Positions 1 to 12,663 of a stretch of 64,000 nucleotides of DNA are shown piece after piece. Under the pieces are notes generated by a model. It did no database searches, was not told where the DNA came from, and saw only the letters and a program-made list of their open reading frames with translations. Each line of letters starts with the position of its first letter. Position 1 is the first letter of the stretch. Source of the DNA: Octopus vulgaris (taxonomy: Eukaryota); the NCBI GenBank assembly GCA_951406725.2, contig OX597831.1, positions 18,414,001 through 18,478,000 on the forward strand, written 5' to 3'. A program made the position numbers and the translations under genes.

Positions 1-109
1 TTCGTTAACACAGGTAAATGTTACAAGCCTTTGAGTTATTTTATAAACATTGTGAACGTAAAAGCTAATTTCGCTCAGTTTCCTTATCAACTCATGCAAT
101 CATCGATAC

Positions 110-290
110 TCCTTTCTGGTATAGGCAAAGGGCCTAAATTTTTGGTGAGTGGTTTTGCTCAGTACATAGGTTCCAGTACTCTGCTGTATTTCTTTTATCG
201 TCTTGGGCGTGGGGGAACGTAACATCGACCTCGGCAGCATTTGAACTCAGTGTGTAAACATGGATGAAATAGTATTGAACATTTTGTCTC
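110..290 (-). mobile_element. Degraded tRNA-derived SINE (same family as 11087-11317)
   Basis: Reverse-complement similarity to the SINE core (tcgacctcggc..atttgaactcag). Confidence 0.55.
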
Positions 291-442
291 TATTGTCATT
301 AAAACTATTCTAATACAAATTTGGTACATCGTTTTTAGGCAACCTGAACATAAGCCTGTCGCAATAATGAAAGGAAATTATATTAATATGGTAGAAAATT
401 TAGACGTTGATGATTTTAATATTAGTGTCACGTTTCTTCCAG

Positions 443-524
443 TGGTTACAGATCTTTTTTGGAATGCTTTCAAGGACATGACAAAGAATGTTATAAAACC
501 TTTGAATACATGCCTAGCTGTATG
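443..524 (+). CDS. Gene A exon 3, six-Cys secreted/GPI-type family (exons 1-2 presumably upstream of the window): xGYRSFLECFQGHDKECYKTFEYMPSCM
   Basis: Acceptor tttcttccag, donor gtaagg. 82 nt, phase 2-0, the same length and phase as gene B exon 3 (28810-28891). Shared pattern Y..FL.CF...D..C...F.....C, 9/27 identities. Confidence 0.85.
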
Positions 525-1359
525 GTAAGGAATGTATTTTTAATTTCATTTTAATGCTACACGTTTACGTCAATGAATAACATAATAAATTATATTTCTT
601 AATGATCATTCTTCGATTACATTTTGAATAGAAAATGAATTCTAACAAACGATAAATCTAATGTTAACAATCTATCCAGTTCCTACTCTATGTGCCATCT
701 TGATGGCAGATATATATTGACGAAAAGAAAAGTTTATTCATTTTAGGTAATTACATCTACAGCAACAGTTATATCAAATATACACTTTATAATCATTCCA
801 TTCTAATTCCCATTTAGGCGCTATATTCGATACAATTTCTTGTCAAGCGTAAAGATGCCAGACAGCAATTCATAGGGGTAACTTCTTGTATTCCATAGTT
901 CGATTGAACATATGAGAATGCGTGTTAACTTCCGTTAATGGGGGGAAGTAATAAATAAAAATTTCTCAATTCCATTTGTATGCAAGCAAATCCTAAGCAA
1001 TCTCAATAACGGACAAACATTTTCACTTCCCATTCTTAAATATGAACGCAGATGTTTGAGTGATTCGGGATTTACAAAATGTTTTGTGATTATGTCGATA
1101 AAATTCTGGAATCTTTCCTGTTTGTATATGCTTTAAACAGTCATAATCTGAATAATTACAAAGAAGATGAATTTCGAAGCCTAAATTTTGGGAGAAGAGT
1201 TTTAATGAAAATACAGTAATTGAAGGAAGGGCATCGAGGGGCATTGCATACCCAACGTGCAGATAAATACTTTCGTAAATTATAGTGTGACTTAGAATGC
1301 GTAGCTTACACATATTTTTCACTGAATCGAATTAAACAATAATCATGATTGTGAAGAAC

Positions 1360-2110
1360 AATGTGAAGAAAACGAAATACTTATAGAAAATATTCCAAAG
1401 AATATTGGGAAGTGATTTCAACGTCTTTCAATTATGTCAGATAAATCCAATGTACTGTAGTTCGATATAGGATATAGATAATATGACCACTTGCTATCGG
1501 GAAATTTGTCGGTTCGATTTAGCTTTTTTGTAAGTATCACCATTATATTTATTTATGCTCCGGTGAAATTAAGAAATCGACTCGAAAATGAAAGAAACCT
1601 TTGTATCCGTCAGTTTATACAGACACGCTCACACACACACACACACGAACACGCACGGACACACACACACACGGACACATAGTCGCATATCTCTGAACGT
1701 GTTTTTTGCACGCATGTACCCACAGGTGTCTACGCGCATATGTACAAAATGATATGTGTATACGCAGACGAGGGTAGATTCATATGAAAAAGAACGTAAA
1801 GAAAACGAAGTATTTGCATAGAATATTGAGAAAGTTATTCAAAGTATTTCAACCATGACAGTTTGGTCAAGCGTACAGAATTTCGTTGTAGGATATAAAT
1901 AATATGGACCCTTGATTATCGAGAAATTTGTGAATTCTATTTCTTTTTGAAAGCATCAACATTATAGGTATTTATACTCAGGTTATATTACGAAATCATC
2001 TCGTAAACAAAGGGAAACCTCGAATCCATCGGTGTACACACACATACACACACTCACACGAACAAACAAACATCACCCGCACAAATGCACACACACAGTT
2101 GCATATCTAC
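1360..2110 (+). repeat. Diverged direct duplication (~430-bp period) in gene A intron 3
   Basis: taggatata.ataatatg.. / tatcg.gaaatttgt / gaaacct..atcc blocks and a CA-rich tail occur twice. Confidence 0.65.
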
Positions 2111-2129
2111 GTATATACTTATATATGTT

Positions 2130-2300
2130 TGAAGATAATCAAACCAAATTGTCATAATTTCCAACCGCTCCCCCAGTATGTTTGCCAAATTTGATGAAAA
2201 TATGTACAGCCGTTTACCAGAAATTTTACAAATACACAGAGAGACAAACAAAGACGAGCGATTACAATACCCTGCTTTCGCATACGCGCGTAGACTAAAT
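2130..2300 (+). mobile_element. Helentron/DINE-like non-autonomous element fragment
   Basis: gccaaatttgatgaaaat..ccgttt motif, a GACA-type repeat, then an acaataccctgc terminal motif. Confidence 0.4.
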
Positions 2301-2695
2301 GTTTCCTCTCAGAAGTTTTGCAGTCAATGTAAAATAAATTTTAATTAAAATATGAAAAATATTAGGTTTTTCAACCTAAGCGTTCCTTATTATTTAATGA
2401 ATTAATTTCCAGCAGATCAATAAAAACACGAGAAACTATCTGGATTATGTTTTCATATCTTTCTATTATGAACGATAGAATTTGATTAAATGACATCTCC
2501 CAGTGACGACCACGGTAGAAACCACAACTCCCATTCATCGTTTTATTAATAACTAATCGCACATAGAATAATACTGGCAGTTTTATAAATATCGTTGTTT
2601 TTTGAAAAATAGGGTTAGATAAATGCATTGAATAACATTAAATACGGGCTTTTTTCCGACATTCAATTCACTATATATTCTGTCTCACATTTCAG

Positions 2696-2725
2696 CAGAA
2701 TGATGGTTCAAATAAGAAAGCGAAG
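2696..2725 (+). CDS. Gene A exon 4 (linker): QNDGSNKKAK
   Basis: Acceptor acatttcag (NAGNAG), donor AAG|gtatgt, phase 0-0. Positional equivalent of the 36-nt AAG|gt exons in genes B and C. Confidence 0.7.
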
Positions 2726-4388
2726 GTATGTGAATTCCCAGTAAATACTATACTAATATGATAATTTTATTCGAATCTCCAAGATATTATTTCCATTTTA
2801 CTACAGCATCTACCACGTACACTGGTGTGTAAAATGCATATGCTTTCTTTAGGTGTGAACTCCAAAAGTGAACTGCAAGAAGTGAGGCCATAATAGGAAT
2901 ATATGGCCGAATACAGCTCGTGCGTTGCCCCTATAAGTATTAACAATAAAATACTTCAAAAAAGCTGCAGTATGGCATTGTCACTAACGACCGATTCAAG
3001 CAATATCAGCGGTTATATGGATAAATCTCATCATCTCTTTATACTCTCTTCTAAAACATATGGAACCTACATATGAAGTCATATTATTCCTTGCCCAAAT
3101 GAAATAATCTGTCAAAAGTGGAAGATGAAAAAGACGTCAAACTATAATTCAGAGCGTATTTGCAATGAGTGGAAGACAACAAAGCCATTGTTTTGAAACA
3201 CTATCCTTTTAGCTGCTCGATATCCTTAAAGTTTACATTCGTGCCTGGCAGTTATGCTAAGTAAATATAGACATTTACGCAGTTGATCGGGAAACGATAA
3301 ATCTGCGAGACAGTGCTGGTATAACTTATGGTTCCATATATATTTCTAGTGTATAATCACATAATTTTATTTCTATGCACTCACTCATACATTTTCCATT
3401 ATTTACAGACATTAAATTATCTACCAAGCACTGTATGATGAAAGTTACTAAATTTCATTTTCCACAAAATATAGTTTTAAAACTCGGTTACGCTCCATGT
3501 AAGAATATTCAATAATCCCAATCAAATATCTTGTATCTCTGGCGGATATTTATCTCATCTGCCTCACCATAAACTACAAAATTTCTACAACTTTTGCCGA
3601 AACTAACCACCCCAAAAGAGTCGAACGTACACATTATCACAGAATCACGTCCATACATTTTTGCTTTTTGCGGGGGGAAACATAAATTGCATTTTTAAAC
3701 TTCATTCTAATATTATTTTGCATAGTGCATCTTTTTATTGAGGTTTCATCACATATTTTTTATAATTAATAAATCATCTAATAACATTGATTATTTGCAG
3801 AGCACAATATAACACAATTGCCGTATATCCATTACTAATTGCATTATGATTATGATATCACTTCAAAGCAGTTTAGACACCAATCAAATGAAAATTGTCA
3901 TATTATTATGTTAGCTATGCATTAAAATTAATAGTAATTTATAAATATACCAAAATGTGAAAGACAATTTCCTTTGCCCATAACATACAGGAGCAATCAC
4001 ACGTAGGATTCTCACATGAATATCATGAAATTCGCTTCAATTTGGAACCACTCTTGAAGCCTCAGGGTTTTAATCAGCTCCTCATGCTTGTTGTCACGTA
4101 ACCATCTCGCGCTGCCTATGTGGGACAGGGAGAAGTGAAGTTGGCTTTATCCTGGACACTTTCCATCTGCCATTTCTTTATGGAAAAATCTACCAGGGAT
4201 TGCTCTCTGTTGCCATTGACATCTTTTTGATTGTTGGAATACATTCTAGGTTTTTGAAACCAATGTTTTTTCAGCAAAATCTCTCTCGATAATTGTGTGT
4301 TCCATTCTAAACAATATATAAAGAAAATGTTTACATAATCACATCAAATTACTTTCATTAATTACATATTTTTCTATTCGATTTGCAG

Positions 4389-4448
4389 GTAACATCTCAA
4401 CAAACATTCCTTACAGCACTTGGGGTTACTTTATTAATAAAATACTGA
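4389..4448 (+). CDS. Gene A exon 5 (hydrophobic tail): VTSQQTFLTALGVTLLIKY*
   Basis: Acceptor atttgcag. 60 nt to the stop, the same length as the terminal exons of B and C, with a shared TA..G motif. Confidence 0.8.
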   Translation, partial: VTSQQTFLTALGVTLLIKY

Positions 4449-4849
4449 ATATGAAATAGTTATTTGCCTGTGTTCGACTGTAATTTTGACTGAAGCCCAG
4501 GCTTATATGTCGGAAATCTACCTTTATAATGAAAAGAACTATGGGAAAGGAAACATATTCTTGGCATATTTATGAAATCTGAAAATCCAGCATCATCAGA
4601 ATATGCTTTTGAATACAATCGTTTGTGTGAGTGTATATTAGTATATTTATATATATATACACTAACAACGCGCACGAACATATACAGGTGAATTTCCGAA
4701 AGAATTCTTTCCACCTTCCATGAAACACCTCACCTAACAAAGTTTAAATTAATATGCAACAGGTTTTGTCATACTTGCTTAAATTGTAGTAAACGAAATT
4801 ATATTATCCATTTTTAAATGGAGTGAATGAAGTTTTTCCTCCTTACATG

Positions 4850-5400
4850 AGAATCTGAATCATGTTTAATGCTGAGTTCGAATATGTGTTTAGTATTTGC
4901 CCATTGCATACAGATTCAGCAGAGACGGTTGCCAAAGGTATGATGGTTTTTCTTGTCATTCATCCCCCCTTTCGTGGCAAACTTTTAGATAAAAGTATGA
5001 AGAAATCAAGAACAGGTGGATGGAACACTAATCAAAAACGATATAAAAAGTGTATATAGGCTTACATATTGAATAAATATATATCTTTAATGCACTTACC
5101 GTGGTTTTAAAATAATTTTACTCCTTTTCAAATTCCCTTGTCTTTGATTTTCTTCCAGCTCTAGCAGTTACCTGCAGTCTTTCTTTAAGATCTGGTGGTA
5201 ATCTGCCGTCTTGATTACATTTCACCTCCGCTGGTACCTCTTTAATGTCCTGTTGAAATATCTCACCTTGCTCTTCGCTTAGATTGCCAAGATTCACTGG
5301 GAAATAGATGAGTTGTGTGTGAAGAATGTACAGTTTAACACTCATGTTGCTCACAATATTTTGCAACATGGTATCAAGTTTGACTTTGTAATTCAAATAC
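4850..5400 (-). mobile_element. DNA transposon relic, CMC/Chapaev3-like transposase C-terminus
   Basis: ORF 5118-5396 contains MSVKLYILHTQLIYFPVNLGNLSEEQGEIFQQDI, matching the recalled MS.K.H.LHSHLD.FP.NLG..S.E.GERFHQDI motif. Confidence 0.55.
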
Positions 5401-6559
5401 GTGTTGTTTCAAAAGAATTCTCGGCAACACTGCTAGTAAAGATCCCATGATGCACACAGGACAAGGTATGTTGTCTGCTAGAGGCGACGGAAAATAGTTG
5501 GTAATAATAAAGTATTGAAAATAAGCTGCAATATCACCTTGTGCTATCAGAAATTTAAGAGGAATTGCTCATGCACACACGGTAGTTATAAGAACAGGTC
5601 ACATCACCTCATTATACCTTCTTCTCCAGCATATATAATCTACCTCTGGTATTTCTCTGACATTATTTCATGTTCGTATTCTTTTCAACCAGTATGATTT
5701 TTTAACTCTCCAATTGAAAATTAACTGAGAAAGCTGCAAAATATTTAAACGATCAATTATCAGGTATTTGCAATCGGAGGATGACAACAAAACCAGAGTT
5801 AGAGAACCCCACCCCATTCACCGATCTCCGTAAGACCGAATTTCATCGCACCAATTGTCTTGACACTGAGGTTATTTTAAAACCGATAAAACTGAAAGAC
5901 GGTACGCTTATAACGTATCTTATAAATGACGAACTTACTATTTCAGAATTTGTTCCATTATGCAGTTACAAAATTTTCTTCACATGCCTAGGATTACATT
6001 CTCCCCTAAATGGCACTTTGAAATATTTTTCAATCAGCTAGATTTGTTTTTCTCACAAAATACAATTATGAAAGATAAGTGATATACGCCACCAAATAAG
6101 ACACTTTGTGTAACCAACGGTATACTTCCAAAATACTTTCTCTCCCGCTACTTCAAAACTATCTTCCGTTATCGTCAGGACTGTAAAATGGGGAACAAGA
6201 ACTCGAACATACCCATTATCACAGAAACATGGTGTTTATTTCCTTGGATATATTCAATAGTTTCTGCAACTATAATTGCAAAGTAATCTGGCATATACAA
6301 TAGTTAAAATGTAGATTTATCAAATGTTTGTCAACAATTCTCAAATAACGTTCACTATTTACAGGTGAATAGTTTGATATAAATAAAATGTAACTGTTAC
6401 TATTCGCAGTACTAACGTACAAACCACTTCAAAATGTTTAAACACCATTGAAGTAAGACATTCATTATCAGTGTAGTCAATATATATTAACATTGATAAT
6501 ATCATTCTTGATTTTGAAACTCCTTCATCATTATTAGCCCTTATCTCAGTATCTCAAGC

Positions 6560-7400
6560 GTTTCGTCCCCCGCTCAGTAAGTCTCCCTTATGACAGATAG
6601 CAAGGCTGTGTCTTGTCTTCATGTGCAGAAGCGTTGATGCCCTCACATCTACACAGCCCACTCTCACATACCGCCACACCAACCCTCCATTCCCCATCCA
6701 CATCGTCACCCACAGTTATATCCCAGTTACCACCGCCCCCAACCCCGCATAGCTACACCACACAATCCCCACACTCATGCATCACACAAAAAACAAACAC
6801 CACCACAATACATCACACAACTCCACAGAACTCACACCACTCCGAAACGTTTCGTACCACTCCGTACCACTCCGTACCACTGCGTATCACTCCGTATCAC
6901 TCCGTACCAAGCCGTACAAAGCCGTATTACTCCTCTCAGACTACGAACTATATTCACGACTTCCCAGCACACACATTACACACCACCATCTGCACATCCA
7001 CACACCATCATCCTCACACCCACACCCTGTTATCCAGACATCCACACTTTACAGGCGGGCGCTCTTACATACGCTCACATCCACGCGTCAAAGTTATTGG
7101 CTCCTATCCCCAAACACACACACATTCTCAGATATTCAAATACGCATGCACAGCTTCAATTTAGGTTCACTATATCTTTATTATCTCCTCTTCCTTCTAC
7201 AAATCCTGTCAAACTATTTTCTTCTTCAACCACTCCACAGGCTTCATCACGAAATCCATAAGTTTTTCTCTTTTCTCCTTATTTTCACTGTATCCTTTCT
7301 GTTAAGGAGCGTAGGCCACAATCCCGAGCGACAAACTAATATTCCTGATTGGCTTTCATACACCTGTATTCGTCATATATTTCTTCGTAAATTTCAACCA
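6560..7400 (+). mobile_element. Decayed Penelope-like 3' region with C/A-rich sequence and a ccgtaccact decamer repeat (~6850-6930)
   Basis: Ends with ctttctgttaaggagcgtaggc, a decayed copy of the motif at 18200 in the Penelope element at 17055-18365. Confidence 0.45.
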
Positions 7401-7437
7401 CATATACATATATACATAGATATATATACATATATAT

Positions 7438-7491
<54 letters not shown>

Positions 7492-7619
7492 TATGTATAT
7501 ATATATATATATATACCGGAGTAAACACATAAATGTGAAACAAGGTGGAAAAAAGAGTACTCAAATACCAGTGGTAGAGTAATATGCTTTATTTAAAGCA
7601 GCAGAAAATTCAACAAAAT

Positions 7620-7657
7620 CTGTTACTCTGAGTTTCTCGTTGCCGTTCATCAGACAG
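7620..7657 (-). ncRNA. Minimal type I hammerhead ribozyme (Penelope pseudo-LTR)
   Basis: Minus strand reads CUGU-CUGAUGA-ACGGCAACGA-GAAA-CUCAGAG-UA-ACAG: core boxes, stem I CUGU/ACAG, short stem II, near-palindromic stem III, GUA site. Confidence 0.75.
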
Positions 7658-10557
7658 TTTTTGCTAGAATGGAACCGATATATCAATTCAATCCAGACTC
7701 TTACAAACGCTATACCTTTTAAAAAATGGACTTGTTTGATTGGCCCTTTAGAAATAACGGTCAATCTTCGGGCGATAAACCAAAAAATGAGCTCAAAAAT
7801 ATATGTATATATATATAAAAAAAATATAAAAATTATAAATATTATAAAAATTATAAAATTCGAGGAAAAAACCTTACATTGAATAAAATACATATTGACG
7901 TTAATGAAGAAAATATAATTAATGCATGGAAATTAAAACGCATTATAAATATTACACTGTAATACATATTCATATTAAAGTGTACATATATATATCAACA
8001 TACACAGAAGGATGTGTACAAACGCCATACATATACAGACGTATAAATATAAATCTAAAATATACACACAAATGCATGCATACCTGTATGTACGCAATCT
8101 ATCCCGCACGCAAGTTAAAATCATCGATGCTAATGTAGCGTTTCTTATTTACGGAGTAAAGCTTAAGTAAGGGGGACGTAAAGTTGTATATACCAGTATC
8201 AGTAAGAGGAAAAAAACGAAAGAAAGGAAGAGAGAGAAAAAGGAACGAAGAAGGGGGAAGGAAAAAAGAAAAAAGAAAAAGGAGGGGTGGGGAAGAAACG
8301 ACATAAGAACAATTATGTGTACAAGCTTATACAAAATTATGTGTAACCGCGTTATTGACAGATATGGAGACAATTATACAAATACAGAAGTTCGAATGGA
8401 TACATACACATACAGTCGTGTATGTGTGTGCTTAAGCACAAGCATACGCTCACTTACACATACACAGAGACGCATGCTTACAAATACATATCCATGGCTG
8501 TACACATATTTACATCAAAATTCTAATTTTTGACAACATTGCTTTTTTAAAAAAAAAGGTGAGTGCAATAATGAAAAATATACGAAAGACATATAAAATA
8601 TAACACCCTATTTTGGATCATCTATAAATTAAAAATCAAGGTAATCCTATACAATACAATAACATGAAATAAACAAAGTCGAAGATTTTCCTAATGTATA
8701 TGTAGAAATATAAACAAAATAAACAAAATATATGCATGAGACTTTGCTATACGGAGTGAAATCTGCATAGCGCAAAACAAATCCATCGTCTCGTTTACAT
8801 ACTAGTCCAAGAGTCAAAATCAAAATTTCAAAAGTCAAAAATACAAAATATATACTCTATATATACTGATAATAGGAATCTGATTGAGATTAGACATGGT
8901 GCCGAGCCCATTAAGAAATGCAATTTCAAAAACGAAAACTCCTGTCCGTTAGAAGAGAAATGTCTAGTGAAAGGAGTAGTTTATAGAGCCAAGGTGCAAA
9001 TAGAAGGCTCATCGGAATACAAGACATATACAGGGGCTTCAGAAAATTCATTTAAAACACGATTTTATTCACATAAAAATTCATTTAGATACCCAGAGAA
9101 TAGGAAGAGGACAAGCCTAGCAAAATATGTCTGGGAACAAAAAGAAAAGGAAACCCCACCTTTCAACGTGACATGGAGCATTCTGGACAGAGCGGCACCA
9201 TACAGGCATGGAGCACACAAGAATAATTTTAAATGCAAGCTTTGCCTATTAGAGAAACTGTATATTTTATTCAAAGACAATAATTCTTTGAATCAAAGAA
9301 GTGAGCTATGAACTTATGTAGACACGCATCCAAATTTAAAATGTCAAATATTAATATACCATATGGATAGAGTATATATTTTGTATTTTTGACTTTTGAA
9401 ATTTTGATTTTGACTCTTGGACTAGTATGTAAACGCGACGATGGATTTGTTTCGCGCTATGCAGATTTCACTCCGTATAGCAAAGTCTCATGCATATATT
9501 TTGTTTATTTTGTTTAAATTTCTACATATACATTAGGAAAAACCTTCGGCTTTGTTTATTTCATGTTATTGTATTGTATAGGATTACCTTGGTTTTTAAT
9601 TTATAGATGATCCAAAATAGGGTGTTATATTTTATGTCTTTCGTATATTTTTCATTATTGCACTCACCTTTTTTTTAAAAAAGCAATGTTGTCAAAAATT
9701 AGAATTTTGATGTAAATATGTGTACAGCCATGGATATGCATTTGTAAGCATGCGTCTCTGTGTATGTGTAAGTGAGCGTATGTTTGTGCTTAAGCACACA
9801 CATATACGACTGTATGTGTATGTATCCATTCGAACTTGTGTATTTGTATACTTGTCTCCATATATGTCAATAACGCGGTTACACAGCTTGTATACATAAT
9901 TTTTCTTATTTCGTTTTTTCCCCACCCCTCCTTTTTTCTTTTTCTTCTTTTTTCCTTCCCCCTTCTTCGTTCCTTTTTCGCTCTCTTCCTTTCTTTCGTT
10001 TTTTTTCTCTAACTGATACTGGTACATACAAATTTACGCCCCCCTTACTTAAGCTTTACTCCGTAAATAAGAAACGCTACATTAGCATCGATGATTTTAA
10101 CTTGCGTGCGGGATAGATTGCGTACATATATGTTTGCATGCATTTGTGTGTATATTTTAGATTTATATTTATACGTCTGTATATGTATGGCGCTTGCACG
10201 CATCCTTCTGTGTATGTTAATATATATATGTACACTTTAATATGAATATGTATTGCAGTGTAATATTTATAATGCGTTTTAATTTCCATGCATTAATTAT
10301 ATTTTCTTCGTTAACGTCAATATGTATTTTATTCAATGTAAGGTTTTTTCCTCGAATTTTCTAATTTTTTCTAATTTTTCTAATTTTTCTATTTTTTTAT
10401 ATATATATACATATATTTTTGAGCTCATTTTTTTGTTTATCGCCCGAAGATTGACCGTTATTTCTAAAGGGCCAATCAAACAAGCCCATTTTTTTAAAGG
10501 TGTAGCGTTTGTAAGAGTCTGGATTGAATTGATATATCGGTTCCATTCGAGCGAAAA

Positions 10558-10595
10558 CTGTCTGACGAACGGCAACGAGAACTTCAGAATAACAG
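10558..10595 (+). ncRNA. Degenerate hammerhead copy in the other arm
   Basis: ctgt-CTGACGA-acggcaacga-GAAC-ttcagaa-ta-acag; the GAAA box and stem III are mutated. Confidence 0.55.
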
Positions 10596-10627
10596 ATTTT
10601 GTTGAATTTTCTGCTGCTTTAAATAAA

Positions 10628-10718
<91 letters not shown>

Positions 10719-11086
10719 ATATATATTTACAGTGTATTGTGCAAACGAAAGAAAAATTTTTTTTTTTATTGCTTTTATGTAGAAATTGGATGCAATTTAC
10801 AATTAACTTGGTCTTTTTTATAATTCTTTCACTAGCCCGGTTTCGGCCATGTGTATATTTAATCTGGAGTTTTTGATAGCTTTTGAGTGACCTGGTATTT
10901 CAAGTATGTTGGAGATGGGTCGTTTCTGCCTTTCCTCTTGAATTATGATTATATACATATGCATATAATTATTAATTTAATGTACATATTTGCATGCATA
11001 ATATATAGATAGGTAATTAAATAGATTGATTGGTAGATAGATAGATAGATAGATAAATAGATAGATTCATATAGATTCATAGATTA

Positions 11087-11317
11087 AGGCGGCGAGCTGG
11101 CAGAAACGTTAGCACGCCGGGTGAAATGCTTAGCGGTATTTCGTCTGCGTTACGTTGTTAGTTCAAATTCCGCCGAGGTCGACTTTGCCTTTCATCCTTT
11201 CGGGGTCGATAAATTAAGTACCTGTTACGCACTGGGGTCGATGTAATCGACTTAATACCTATGTCTGTCCTTGTTTGTCCCCTCTGTGTTTAGCCCCTTG
11301 TGGGTAACAAAGAAATA
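11087..11317 (+). mobile_element. tRNA-derived SINE
   Basis: ggcggcgagctggcagaaacgttagcacgccgg head, gttcaaattcc B-box, gcctttcatcctttcggggtcgataaattaagtacc core. Confidence 0.85.
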
Positions 11318-12247
11318 GATTCATATATATTTATATGCGCGTGTGCGTTTCTGTGATCACTCGCGTGTGTGTATGTGAATATGACTGAATCCACCAGAAG
11401 CTGTTCTTCTACGCAAAGTTTGTTGACCTTTTGTCATACATTCTGATATACTCAATATGAGGAGAGTCTCTTTAGGGTAAGTCATTTGTTGTTATCTCAA
11501 TCTTAATGAATTGCAAATCATACCAACGGAAATAAGTAAATTGCTTTTAATATCTAATGTATTCGGTTTTATATTAAACGGAAAATATATTTGGGCAAAA
11601 GAAAAGTTTTTTTTTTATTTTGACAGTAAAAACTTTTAGTCTCAGTTCTACAGTTAGTGCAATCGCTAGAAGTGAACACTTACGTGTGTTGTTTAATTGC
11701 TTGATATACAACTCATATACATTACCTATAATATTGCTAATATGCATGATAATTTATCATCAAGCATTATTGTACCGTAATGTGAGGGGGAAAGCAAAAT
11801 ATTATGCAACCTGTGAGATTCAAGAGTTTTCGATCATCATATTTCAATGAAATTCGCAGATCTGATTGAGTGTCGCAGATGTTATAGGAAATTTCAAGAA
11901 TGTTTTGGTAATATTGGTAATGTTTTGTAAAGATTTCTATGGTAACTAATTGAAACACAAATGCAATTCTCCTGATTGTCATGAAATGTACACTTTCTAA
12001 TCGAAAAAAATGTTTATTGAGTGAAAGATAATTTAACAAATAAATGTATTCCTTTGACATCAAAATAGATAGAAGAAAATGATTCTCACCGATTTTGCAT
12101 TCAATAGAAATCACATTTTGAGAAAGACAAAAAATAGTTCGGAGTAGAAGTTTGTTTATTAGGCTTCCGCAGTCGATGGAAAATAAAGAATCACTTCTGT
12201 ATCATTTTGTTAGTGTTTTGAAATGATTTCAACAATGCAAATTGGAT

Positions 12248-12356
<109 letters not shown>

Positions 12357-12368
12357 TACATACATACA

Positions 12369-12399
<31 letters not shown>

Positions 12400-12663
12400 G
12401 CGGCGACCGTCATGAATACATAACGCCATTAAACGTAACAAGGTTGTTGAAGATTGGAGACAATGTTTTCTTTAATTATTAATATAGAAGATTGCTGACC
12501 ATTAAAATATCGATATACATGTAATAAGTTTTATTTTCTGTCAGTCACTATACTTGCGGCTTGCTAGGCATCGGTCTCACTGCTTTTAGTCAAACAAATA
12601 TAAAGCAACACATATGGATATCAAGCGCAAACAAAGATATACAAAAACACGCTTATATATATA

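Larger units (their letters stand above)
7515..10628 (+). mobile_element. Penelope-like element: GIY-YIG endonuclease fragment (~8910-9311) between ~1.27-kb inverted arms (7587-8860 and 9367-10628), flanked by (TA)n
   Basis: KCNFKNENSCPLEEKCLVKGVVYRAKV..KTYTG..FKTRFYSHK..CKLCLLEK..LNQRSEL. The mirrored ORF pairs 7561/10322, 7926/10077 and 8315/9692 confirm the inversion. Confidence 0.9.

Noticed and set aside
1-110. Possible exon 1 or exon 2 of gene A (acacag|gtaaatg..tcatgcaa)
   Set aside because: No frame gives the 94-nt three-Cys exon with a GT donor; the upstream exons probably lie outside the window.
6613-7532. 183-aa and 251-aa His/Thr/Pro-rich ORFs
   Set aside because: Low-complexity C/A-rich retroelement tail with a decamer repeat; no splice or paralog support.
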